Positions 36,650 through 47,789 of a DNA stretch of 64,000 bases are shown one piece after another (the stretch's first letter is position 1; each line of letters opens with the position of its first letter). The translations under genes and the position numbers were made by a program. Below the pieces are notes generated by a model that worked only from the letters and a program-made list of their open reading frames with translations, was not told the DNA's origin and did no database searches. The DNA comes from Raillietiella orientalis (taxonomy: Eukaryota), in NCBI GenBank assembly GCA_036172245.1, contig JAYWIR010000034.1:2232001-2296000 (forward strand), given 5' to 3'.

Positions 36650-38690
36650 AAGTCGTCTCGCAGATTCCTATGAATCAAAGTGAATTCCTGTTTTTGAACC
36701 TCCGCACTCCTGCCAAAGTACCCTTTCAAGACCGAAGCGCAAGAAGAGAGCAGGCTAGAGGGAGCTCATCTGGGCGCGACATGGATGATAGTTTTCGCTC
36801 ATCCTGGTGCCACAACCCTTTGCCTCGAGGAAGAGAAAGTAATCTAGAGTTCCAGGGTCTCTTTTCCAAAGTCCCAGTACATGACCACACAGAAACCAAC
36901 GCGTCTTCGGAGCATTTCAGTTGCATGGGAAGCACCTCGCGATTGAGACTCGTCGCTTGGAGCCACCCCAAGGTCTCGATTGGACGCTTCTGCCTCAGGC
37001 ATCCGCTGCACCTGCCTCTTGCTGGCCTCCGAGCGGGCGTCGAGAGCAGCGGCGCCTTTGAGTCGGCACCCGCAGAAGCCGGGGAGTCGACTGCCATTCC
37101 GACTCCGACCAATCGAAAGCGAACGAGCCAGGGTAGGGCTCCAGGGCCCACCAAAGCCTAAACGATGCAGGCGCTGCTCGCAAGAAGCCAGCCAGTGAGG
37201 TCCGTCCGCCTCCAGGGGAAAGGGAAAAGGAAACAAATGCGAGGATCAGGGTCGCGAGAGGTCACTGGAGCTTCGCACGCGCACCCTGCATCCCCTGAAG
37301 GACAGTGGCAGATTCCTCCTTCAATCTGACTCTTGTCCTCCTCAAGAAAGAGACGGCGTACCTGCTGGAGTGGGTGTTCTGCCTCGACGACGCTTCGTGC
37401 CGCGGAGGAGGAGGAAGAGCGCATCAACAGCCGCGGGGCAGGCGGCGTTACAACGCGCACGAAGGGGCTCGTCGACACGTTCCTGGGGATCAGAAGGGTC
37501 GCCAGAAGACTCTCTCATCCGCAACGGAAGGCAACACCAACATGCGCGCAAAGGATTCCACTCTCCCTCATCTCGCATAGTTCGACGTCACGCGCTTCCT
37601 CTGATGCAGCAGTGCCGGCGCACTGTTCCCTTGCTGTTCCCTTGGTGAACTCGGAAGCCAAGCTCCTGCTCTCGGAACCATGGACCAGGCTCCTGGGGCA
37701 GGTTGAGAACTGCGTCATCAGTGCGGAACGGTGTTACGCTGTTTGCCGGTAAGGGCGCGGAGGACGCCTCGTTCTTTGCGCAAACGTGGCTCCGACCGCA
37801 GGGGAGGGTCGCGCCGCAGGGGCACGGAAGCCCGGAAAGGGGTGAGGCCGATAGAGCGGAAAGCGAGGGAGATGTTTGCAGTCCTGGCAGTCTCAGTCGA
37901 TCTCCGAAAGGCGCTCTGCTGTGTAAACCAAGAGCTGCATCTGTTTCCTATGTAAACCATCAGCTCCTCCTGCTTCTGTTTCCAGGCCGTGTCGGCTTGC
38001 TTAAACCACTTCCTCCTCCTCCTGCGATTCGGGTCACTTGGGCTTTCCGTGGACCACCACCTACGCTCTTTTCAACGCGATGCTCTCACGAAAACTTTCA
38101 GCGGTCAACACGCGACTTTTCACCTGGCCACGACGGGGTGCTCACTGTAAAGATGTGTACGTATCTACAATAAAACAACGAATATACGAAACCATTCGTC
38201 CGTAGAGAAAGTACAATCCCACCTCTTCGGCAGGCCAAGGAGGAATTTGTTGCTCGCCAGCAGTTTGCAGGAAGAGGTCCACCCAAAAGAAAGGGAAATA
38301 AACAAAAAATCAATGTGTCAAAGGAAAAAAAAAAGTTCCAAAAATGCTTCGGAGGCAAGGGAAGGAATCACAGTAGCCTTTTTGTTGTCCTCTGCATCCT
38401 CTGCAGGATGATGGCAAGTTCGTCTTTCGGACGTGGTGAATCTCGCTGCCATCCTCAGCAGGGGGAAGACGATGAAAACGGCATCCCTGCTTCCTATTGC
38501 CTCTGCCGCCGTGGTTTCTTGTCGCTACGACTCCATGCGGGCAGCACAACGCGGCGATCGCTTCCGCGGGAGATACTGCGCCACGGGCACTGAAGCGTCT
38601 CAGCAGGCTTTCGAGGTCGTCACGGATGAGTCCGGGGACGGAGGAAAATATTCCTAAATTTTACAGGTGTAAGGCGTGCCAGTCAGGAGG
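36650..38690 (+). mobile_element. Decayed LINE 5' half (knuckle, EN, start of RT), ending at the next LINE
   Basis: RCRRC (~37165), SSFNL...SRGAGGV...NMRA endonuclease-like, ENGIPASYC (PG.DGIP..FY-like, ~38475). Confidence 0.35.
38117..38370 (-). mobile_element. Short 5'-truncated LINE 3' UTR insertion
   Basis: T-rich UTR on the minus strand plus degenerate terminal motif AGTGAGCACCCCGTCGTGGCCAGGTGAAAA at 38117-38146. Confidence 0.45.
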
Positions 38691-38720
38691 GAGGTTTGTC
38701 ATTCGGATTTTCCGGGGCAT

Positions 38721-38780
38721 TTATTATAAAAAATCACTTATTATATAAAATATTTATTATATAAAATTTATTATATAAAA
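38721..38780. repeat. Four tandem TTATTATA(TA)AAA units
   Basis: Units start at 38721, 38738, 38754 and 38768. Confidence 0.9.
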
Positions 38781-39638
38781 TAACAGTCGTTTATATCAGA
38801 GATTCATGGCAGAACATTTGGTTATACCACGCGCGAAGGACTTGCCAAAAACCGGTACGCAGACCGGTGAGGTCCGTTCTATCGGCGAAGGGGGAGGGAA
38901 AACCACAAAAAAGAACAAAAAATAAAAGGCAGTGGGAGGGGGGTGTTTTGTGGGAGGGGAGGGCGGGGAAGGGATTACTGCTCTCCTGGAGACGTCTTCT
39001 GCATCCTGTCTAGGATGCTGACAAGTTCTGTGTTTCGATCTAAGTGGGAGCCATGGGGAGGCGATCTTCAAGAAGATTCTTGCCCAGTGGATGGCTCTCC
39101 TGCTATTTTGACCCCTTCTGGCGTTCTAGCTTGCTACGATTCCGCGCACACAACAGAGCACTGCCAAAGGCGCAGCGGGGGGCAAGGCGTCACGCATGAA
39201 GAGGCGCGGAAAATGTTCTTCGGATCGCCCCCCGGGATTTTGAGGATCAACGAGAGTCGATTCCAAAGGACACGGAGGGTGTCATAGTCTATTATGATAT
39301 GCGGGAAGGTTTCCCTTTCTCCTCACTTGGCAAAATGGGCATCCACGCTCTCAAATGCCCAATGGGAGAGGGATGCTCTGCATGGGATCCCCCCAGTGCG
39401 ACAACAGCAACGCCGTCTCTTGCCACTTCAAGGGAAGGGTGCAACTGTCCCAACACGCTGGGAGCCACTTTACCTCCTCCTGAGGTAGTGCAGGCAGCTC
39501 GCCCCAGCGTACATATCCTTTAGGAGGGATATTCGGGGTCGCAGTGTCCTCTAGCTGCCGATTTGTCCACGCGCTTAAAAGTTTTTTTTTGCTTTGGATA
39601 CGGCAGGATGCTTCCCATCTTGTCAGGAGGTCGCTGTC

Positions 39639-40265
39639 CTAAGGGTTTTTCAGGGAGGGCAGCATTAAGGCAAGGGGGTGTGGATGAGACCAACAGTAGT
39701 TTGCGGTCTGGGTTGCACACGATCTCCCGCAGGGACTGTCGAGCGAACCTCCCTTTTCGAAGGCAGGCAGGTGCATTCCTCCTCGCTCGAGCCATGGGTC
39801 TTTCCTCATGCGGAGACTGACTCCTGAAGCCAGGAAGTGCAGTTCGCGGGGAGATCCAGCGTTCTCCTGCACCAAGGCAACCATTCGACGCAACTGACGG
39901 TCATATTGCCTCAGGCTGGTATCGATGGCCACGAGGGTCGAGGTCAATCCTTCGCAGCCAGTCGCTCTTCTGGTGAGGAGCCGTGCAGACGCACACCAAG
40001 GCGTATTCCATAGCTGCGAGGGCACGAGGGCGAGTCTTCTGACCTGGAGCTGACGCTCCATCCTCTCCAACGTAAGGAAGCCCAGTCCACCATCCCTACG
40101 CGGAACATACAAGTCTTCTAAGCGAACTCGGGACCTCCCTGTGCCCCAAAGGGCTTTGTTCAGGAGGTCTTCGGTTCGTTTTTTGATGTTGGGTGGGAGG
40201 GGCAAGCAAAAACCAGGGGACGGGGGAGGTGGCCGCAAATAAGTTCCATACCGCGACCCGTTCCC
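39639..40265 (-). pseudogene. Best-preserved LINE ORF2 segment (post-RT GGLG region)
   Basis: About 200 open codons containing LLNKALWG...VRLEDLYVPRRDGGLGF; the annotated ATG lies in the inserted module head and is not a real start. Confidence 0.8.
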
Positions 40266-40635
40266 GCCTGCGTCGGAGGCCATGTGGTTACGGGATCTCC
40301 GCGCGTGGCACCACCAAGGGTCACGGGTTCAACTACGAAAGAAATCGATGCACTGCGTCGTGGGTTCTAGTTTCTCCTGCAAGATGACGCTGGTTGGCCT
40401 ACATTCATTCGGGTGCGTCACTGTTAGGGTTCAAACAGGATGCCCCTGATGAAGGCCGGAATAATCGGAGTCGAACTTTGGGTCCTTCCACGAATCAAGG
40501 AGTGGGGAGTTCCCCTTCCAGTTGTACAAGGGAACCCCCGAATGTGGGGATCCTCCCCAGGTCGCGCTTACGGAGTAGATGTGTAGCCACCTCTCCAGAG
40601 AGCTCACAGCTGGAGGGGAGTCTCGAAGGAAAACG
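40266..40635 (+). mobile_element. tRNA-headed module copy D (3'-truncated)
   Basis: GCCTGCGTCGGAGGCCATGTGGTTA...GCGCGTGGCACC...GGGTTCAA; homologous to 27378-27710. Confidence 0.8.
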
Positions 40636-40871
40636 GACTCCTTGATTTAGTTCCTGGAAGGATTCTGATACCGGTCACTCATCAGGGGACATCCAGTTGT
40701 AACCCCCACCGGTGCTGCACCCGAATAGAGGCCAACCAGCGTCATCTTGCAGGAGGAACTTGAACCTGCGACGCACCCCCATCTCTCGGCGTCGATTCTT
40801 TCCGAGTATTCGAACCCGCGATGCCTGGTGCCACGCGCAGAGACTGCAACCATGTGGCCTCCGACGCAGGA
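40636..40871 (-). mobile_element. tRNA-headed module copy E (3'-truncated, inverted against D)
   Basis: Reverse complement reads CCTGCGTCGGAGGCCACATGGTT...GGGTTCGAATAC...GGTTCAAGTTCC...CAAGGAG. Confidence 0.8.
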
Positions 40872-41514
40872 TAGCGAAGGACTTCATCCGGTCTCGGCTG
40901 AAATGTGGCCATCCCCTAGCGACCGACCACGCGCCTCAGGATGTCACACTCACGAAGACGCCAACTCCGTAGCCCGTTTTCGTCAATGGAAGGCATCTCA
41001 GCGTTGGGCTACCAGGCCTCGAATGTCCTTGCAGGGTAACCGGGTCTTCGAGGCGAACTCTCGGCTTCAGGGCACCTTGAGGTGCTTTTCGCAAGAGAAC
41101 TTCTGGCATGAGCCCCGCTCTCAAGGTGAGGTCGGGACGAATGGAAGGGTCCCAAGGAAAGTTCGCTCCCGCAAGGAAAGCTTCCCATCTCGGAACGGAG
41201 TCAGTCCCGTTGCTGCCTTCTGTAGGCAGCCGGACCAGATTTTGGGGCTCGCAGGAGTCTCTTGAGGGCACGCCAAGGTATTTCTCCGAGTTGACTCTGG
41301 GAATAAACGAGCGGATTCTTCCCGGCAGCCCTCCTCACGCTGCACCCACGGGCACGACTTGGCCGTCTTCCCGCCCATGCCCGCTCCCAGGTTGATCACC
41401 TTGAAGAACTGGCTCTGCAGCGACTCCATGGGGTGGAGATGGCGGCAGGGGAAGGAGGTGACTTCGCATAAGCCGACGTGGCTGGTCGCGCAGGGTCACG
41501 AGGGCGTCCGGTTC

Positions 41515-41595
41515 TACAGAGTTTCCCTGTGTGCTTCTGGCACTCGGTTTGTCTTTATATTTAAAAATGGGCGCCCCGGCGCTACCGGGTGGTAG
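41515..41595 (+). mobile_element. ~80-bp LINE 3'-end stub antiparallel inside the family A LINE
   Basis: T-rich stretch followed by AATGGGCGC-CCCGG-CGCTA-CCGGG-TGGTAG at 41566-41595. Confidence 0.6.
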
Positions 41596-43230
41596 TCATG
41601 CTGGTGGGCGATGCGTGGGAGGTGGAAGAAACAGTTGCAACACCTAGCCCTGCCACTGAAGACTCTGCCCATGAATGAATGCCAGGGGGATCTGCACGCC
41701 TTCCGGAGGGATTCCAAGGAGGTCTGCGCAGAGAAGATGCCCCTTGGGGTGAACATCGCCCCTGCACCTGCTACTGGACCGCGGTGCCTCCCGTGAATTA
41801 TTGAGGAGGCCGGCTCGAGCTCTGCTGCACCCGGAAGACAGAGGACAACGATTTGCCACACGAGGTTGAAACCCCAGCAAGATTCTTGCGTCTATCGTGT
41901 TTGAGATCTCGCAGGTCAACTCTCCCACATGTTGCCGGGCTACTTCTGTTGACGTTTCGCGAGTACAGTAGCGTTTTGCTGTCAGAGGTGGAGGCAGAGG
42001 GACGGATCCACTTACGGGGTGGTTGGGGTGTCTCCTGCGCCCTTTTCGAAAGATACCCCTAAAAGATCTTGAGGGCAGGTTTCAGTGTCCACGTGACAAC
42101 GGGGGCATCTGCCCTCGAGCATCGAAATTTCGTAAAGGTGGCAGGAGATCCGGGGATGTCGCTCCACGAGCGACATCCGGGATGTGGGACTGTGTCGGGT
42201 CCAGCTGGATAGAATGAGTGAGCAGAAGGTTGTTACGCAGCCGGTCACTCTCCCCGGGCAAAGGTGTTCCCGAACACCCCAGCCCGGGACGTTCCTTGAA
42301 AAAAAACCCACTCCAAATAAGAAGTGGAACTCCCATGAAAGGGTGAGTTCATCCGCAGTGATCCCGTTGCTATCCCGTGAGAGTCCTCGAGGAGTTCCTT
42401 CTTGCCAGCAGGCTTTCCGGAGCAGTCTGCTCGGGAAAGATGAGGAAGAGGAAATGAAGTAAAAAATTTACATTTTTGCGAATGAGGAGGAGGGCCAGAG
42501 AAGGGATCACGGACAGTTTCTGTGGTGACCTCTGCATTCTCGTAAAGGATCTTGGCACGTTCCTGCTTGAATCTCGTCAGGCGAGAGATCTTCGGTGAGG
42601 GATGACGTCCCCGTTGCTATGGACCCCTCTGGGCGCGGAAGTGTGCTGTAGGAAAGCGCACGCTGATACGCGGTCGTTGGTAACGTGAGGTCGATCGAGT
42701 TGATGGCCAGATGTCTCGCTCGACCTTCCTCTCTGGAACGCGCACAGCGCTGGCAGCGATAGCCTTTGGCAGAGGGGCGTGACCTCCATCCCGACTCCCT
42801 CGATCTCCGCTCTGAGATCCGGGGGAAATCTTGGAATGATGCCAGAGCGCGCGGATGCAGGATGTCTACATCTCGTCTCTTGTAGACGTGGCGGAAGGCC
42901 CATCGCAGTGTTGCTGGGACAAGAAGGCTGTGGCTCTCGATTCGGACGCGGGCAGGTCCTGTGGAGGCGGAACGAGGACTAGAGCAGTGACAGCGTGGGC
43001 TTCCTCTGCCCTTTGACTCTCCGTTCAGGGATTGCAGGACTCTGTCCAAAGAGGGGCCCCTTCTTCGGATGTGGCTCTTTCACCGGAGGATAGGACTCTA
43101 GGTTTCGTCATCGGCCGCTTCCGTCTCCACCTTCCGGTGTGCTCCCTGAGTAGGCTGTGAACGTGCCCTTTTTTCTTTTTGCTCGTCGAGTCGCACAGCA
43201 TTGCGCTCCACCGCCAACTCCGTGGGGACC

Positions 43231-43345
43231 AGGAAGGTGGCAGCACAGCCGCCGCCATTCCGCGGTATCGATCGCGGTAACTTCTCAGGGATCAGGAAGG
43301 TGGCAGCAGAGGCGTCGCCGTTCCGCGATATCGATCGCGGTTACG
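43231..43345. repeat. 63-bp-period tandem duplication in the LINE ORF1 region
   Basis: AGGAAGGTGGCAGCA...TTCCGCGRTATCGATCGCGGT starts at 43231 and again at 43294. Confidence 0.85.
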
Positions 43346-44119
43346 CGTGCTAACGGTACCTCGCGGGATCCTCTTCGCGGAGGGCACCTGCTTTCTCTGC
43401 CTCTTGCTCCTTCTTCTCCTTCTCAGCCCGACGTCCTGGCCACTCACCTCTGTTTTCCTCCAGGGAATTTTCTCTGGGGAGATTGCGAGATCTCCGTGCG
43501 CTGCTGCAGGTTCGGCCTTTCGCCGGAAGCAATTCTTGCCTGGAATCCCGCATGTGGTCACTTATTCATCCGTCTCGTCCTTCAAATTCGCCTGAGGGGC
43601 TCGCTGCTTCGGTGTGCTTCCGGGTCTCACCGGTGGCGCTCTATCGGGAAACATCCCCCTTCCTCTGGCCTTCCTTCGTTGGCTATAGATCTAAGGCCTG
43701 CTTGCAAACCACTGGTCGGCGAGTTCACTGTCGGCACGTCGTTGGTAGACCTCTGAAGGTCGCTCTCGCCGCCTCCAGGCCGCTGCAAACATTCCCTCAG
43801 AACCACGGCTTCCGCGCGCAGTCCTGTGACGAGGTAGCTGACCGACTGTCACTTTCTTTAATCCCGTGCCCCCTGAGATCCTGCATCCAGAATCCCACGT
43901 TGATCAACCAAAAAAAGGGTAGGCCTCGAGATCGAAGTACTCGAGAAACAAAAAAAGGATAAGAGATGGGAAAGAAAACGGGAGCCTTTCTTGGAGCGTG
44001 GCTCAAGGAAGTGGTAAAGAGCCAAAATTAGTGGCGAGAAGATGGAGTTTCCAAAGAAGAAGAAAAATCAGTGGCTTTTACTGGCAGAGGTGGAAGGCCA
44101 GAAGTCAGTGGAACATCGC

Positions 44120-45100
44120 AAGACCTTCACGACTGACGTCGCACCAAAAAGAATAAGATTCGTCGTCGCCCGGGGAGACCAGCTACGCGCAAGAAAATTG
44201 ATGGTCTGACATTGGCACCTTCCACGTTCAGCTGTTCAAGGGAAAACACGCGTGGTCCATCTTGAAGACATGGGGAAAGGGAACAAACAAGAGGGAAACA
44301 AGATAAAATAAACAAGTGCATGTTAAAAAGGGTTTTTGGTGAGGCTTCGGAGAAGGGTCGCGCTGTGTCCCGAGACTCCCTGCTCACCCTCTGCAGGATG
44401 CTTGAAAGTTGCGTCCGAATGCTGCCCCTGTTGGGACCATCTCGTGAAGAGCTCCACCCGGTGGATGACCCCCCCTGCCTGTGCCAGCCTCTTCTTGCGG
44501 CGTTCCAGGACGGCGCCATCCCGCGAAGACAGCAATCAGCAGCTGCCAGGGATACGCGGCTGGTGGCAGTGCAGAACGCACAAAGATGCGTTTGGTCACG
44601 TCCCTGGGACTGGTCTACGGGATACACAGGGCCGATGAACGTTCCCAAAGAGGTCAGAGGGCAACGTTGTCTGCAAGCAGGTGATGGAGAACGAATTAGG
44701 CATGGTCAGCTGCTGTACAGATTAGTCAGCAACAGCTTGCACTAATACCGGTCTTCCCCATCCGGGCAGTTTGGGTGCCACTTCTGCTATCCTTGGACTT
44801 GACTGCAACTGTTCAAGCAAGGTGGTTTGGTGTTGGTGTCTACCGAGAAGGGTTCTGCCACAGAAACGGCAGTGTTTGCATGCTTGGGCATCACGGACTG
44901 GAGTGACAGCTCAAGCCATCAATATAATTTTTTGCACCCAATTTGAAATTGACAAAAAAAAAAACGCACTGAGACCACAGCCACATGTTAGCGTTGGCGG
45001 CTGCAATGAGAAATGGGGAGGTGCATCATGAGTTTCAAGTTTCACCCACTGGATGACGCTGGCTGGCCTGAAGGCTTCGGGTGCAGAACTGGTGCAATCG
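44120..45100 (-). mobile_element. Older family A-like LINE 3' part
   Basis: LHHLLADNVAL*PLW (~44645-44690) matches HLLVDCVALRLLW; T-rich UTR at 44280-44315. Confidence 0.55.
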
Positions 45101-45149
45101 GATGCTCTCACTGACTGGCCTCCAGCCTCCTTCCAGGTACTAAGGAGTC

Positions 45150-45715
45150 AGTTCCCTTCGGAACCTCCTCCGGCTGTAAAAATGTTTCCGTACCATGGAC
45201 ATGGACGATGTCCCCTTCTGGGAGCACAGGAGAGTTCCAGAGGCATGTTGCTCCCTTCGAGGAGCGACCCCTCTGAAAAATTGGGAAGCTTTCCAGTTTG
45301 GGATTCTCTTCAGAGGAGAATCTTCAAAGGGGGAGAGAAGGAGGGGTTCCCTTGCGGGTTCCCTTCAGAGAAGAAAATAAGGAGCGGTGCCCTCTGGGGG
45401 GTCCCTCCGGCTAGAACAAGGAAGCGGTTCCCTTCTGAGATGCCTCCCAAGAGTAATAGGGGCCGACACCTTCCTCCGAAGCCCTTCCTAGATTCGCAGA
45501 GTGGTTCCTTCGGGGTTGTCCCCATAACTTCAAGAGTCCCACGCACCCTTTGGTGGCGTGGACTCTTCAAGTTAGATCCCTGAGGAGGCGGACGGCCCTC
45601 TTTAAGGACCAAAAAGGAGGGAAAATCTGGAAGGAAAGCAGTGAAAACAGAAGAATCCCAAAGGATCCCCTTGTTTAGTAGATGTCGGAAATCCCAAAGG
45701 ATTTCCTTCATCCGT
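45150..45715 (+). mobile_element. Module copy F (headless, diverged)
   Basis: GGTTCCCTTGCGGGTTCCCTTCAGAGAAGAA, GCCCTTCCTAGATTC and ACAGAAGAATCCCAAAGGAT match 27893-28372. Confidence 0.7.
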
Positions 45716-45719
45716 GAGG

Positions 45720-46333
45720 ATTTCTAGGACGTTTGGCAGCACTTGATTTCTAGGAATGAACCACGATCGAGATTTCTGCTGGGCAAGCTGCTAACAGGAA
45801 GCCGCATACGAGGTGCTGGCCGCTCCAGTCGTCAGTGCGCGCGTTCCCGGACTGAGGTAGCTCCCACCCAGATGAACTGTGGTGGAGGCTGGCTTGAGCG
45901 TCCCTGCATCCGGAGGATACCGGCGAAGATTCACTACAGTGATCCTTCGCGGGCGGAGGACTTTCGGCAGGAGCCACGACTGTGACGTTTTTGCTGCATC
46001 CGCTCCAGCAGAACTGCTTGCCAGTTTCCGGCGCAGCCGCAGGAGGACGCCTCGCATGGCAGCCACTTTCCCAAGGACCTCAGAGATGCAGTCTCGTCTG
46101 AACAAAGAAGTGGCCAGGAAGATCGCCTGCATTCTGAGCCCCTTCTAGAAGGAAGGAATGGTCCAAACCAGAGACCTCCCCCCGCATCTTCCTTCCCATC
46201 CTTTTTTTTTTTTTTATTGTTTCCTCCCATTCCATACTTCTTGAGGGACCAACTAACATGTTCCCACAAACTTGCTGTGTCCCCTGACAGCTGGGTTCCC
46301 GGGTTGCTTCCTTGCTCATATTCCGGCGTGACC
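45720..46333 (+). mobile_element. LINE family B 3' part directly following module F
   Basis: FLLGKLLTGSR...QCAR zf-like (ORF 45743..45985), stop at 46148, poly-T UTR, eroded terminal motif TTCCGGCGTGACC at 46321-46333. Confidence 0.6.
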
Positions 46334-47780
46334 TTCCCATCCCCGATGACCGAGCCATTTATTGGGAATGAATAAACTGAACTGCGCGATCGCAGACAGA
46401 AGGGCCAACGTACACCTTCACCCATCCATCCGCGTGCTCCCAAAGGTACAGCTGCCCTCGCAGATGACACAACTGGAGGAGAGTGGAGTTGAGGCAAAGG
46501 AAACAAATGAATAAATAAATAGGGAATGGGATGGACCGATCTCACGGTATTCCACTTGATTCCCGGGGGCCTGCGTCCGACGGAGAAGGGACCGAAGGGG
46601 TTCTTTTGGTTGCATTGGGTAATTATGCGCACAAGAAGGTCCCCTTGTTCCTTCCTTCCCGGATTGATCCGTTTCACCCCCCTTCTTCGCATGCTGGAGG
46701 CGATGACGACTATCGACAGTTGTCGCTAGCTCGTGCGTGGCAAAGCTGTTGTCAGCTCTGAGGCGGCCGGCAGGTCTAAAGATGTCCCTCTCTCACCAAA
46801 GAGGTCTTCTGGGACAGCAAGGTGGAACCGGGGTGCCTCAGCAACGCACTCTCACCCTTCCACACATCCATACCACCGTCCCGAAATGGGGGTGTTCCTT
46901 AGGCAGTCTCTTCACTCTCCCCGCTAAGGCATGGTAGCCTTCCTTGTTTCGGAGAAGAACCCAGTGGATCAGAAAGATGGGTGGTTGGCTGGTACTTGGG
47001 AAGGAGTGGAAGGCGTCGACCAGGAAGCACGGGATCTCGAAGTTCTTTCGGGAGATCTCCAAAGCTCCCACAGGTACGTGAGCTAGAACTCCTGGAGTGT
47101 TCTCGTTTGCCAGGCGAGAGGTCTTCCACTGGACAATGGGTTCGGTTGACTCCGGAGATACATCACATCACCTCCCACACTGCAGGAGCATCCTATTCCT
47201 CCTGATACTAACGGCGTAGCAATCGACGCATGATGCCCTGAATGGCCTCACGCCGAGATCCGGAGGGTAGGCCCGATATCCCTGCAAGAGGGATTTCCGC
47301 AGACGACTGATGGCGCCATGGTTCCGGAGGGTTATATTTCCCACTCGCGTCCACGCTCCTATCGATTCCCTCCACCAAGCTTTCCTGTTCAGTTGGCAGC
47401 AGGGTGTCCACTCGGGTTCCTCTATCAGCAATGCAATCGGGTGACCCAGACTTCTTTCTGTCCAGCGGTCGAGCGAGCGGATGGAACGCAGTGCTCTTAC
47501 TCATTCTTTGAGCGAACACTCCAGAGGAGGCACCAGTAAGTGTTCCACAGTCTTGCCGCAAGGGTCAGCCGCCCAAGAGGTGCTTCCATCAGCACCCGTT
47601 CGGCGGGGAATAGGTTCAGATCCTACTCTTGAAAAGGGTGAGCCAAGTCTTTCAGTCGTATACAGCGGAGCCGCACAGAGCTCTCCTCATCATGCTGGCA
47701 ACTTCACGGAGCAGCAGTCCCCGGCGGGAACGCGTAAGAAGACCGTCGTCCTTCGGTGCTAACAGGGTTCTTTAACAAAG
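46334..47780 (-). mobile_element. Decayed LINE 3' half
   Basis: P...GG.GL.DL-like ~47260-47300; WMCG...CPRRPLW zf ~46800-46875; degenerate 30-nt terminal motif at 46334-46363. Confidence 0.6.
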
Positions 47781-47789
47781 GTTGAGCGA

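Larger units (their letters stand above)
38696..43900 (-). mobile_element. Near full-length decayed family A LINE (ORF1, EN, RT, zf, 3' end) with nested insertions
   Basis: ORF1 knuckle RCQRC (ORF 42507..43049); TIDARILL; LGVPSRDSCEP (GVPQGD.LSP-like, ~41260); ALWG...LYVPRRDGGLG (ORF 39639..40283); HWGIPC...GERETFPHIIID (39290-39400); terminal motif at 38696-38725. Confidence 0.75.

Noticed and set aside
40445..40690. CTGATGA strings in copies D and E suggesting a hammerhead ribozyme
   Set aside because: No properly closed stem II followed by GAAA, and copies A and B read CCGATGA and CCCATGA at the same site.
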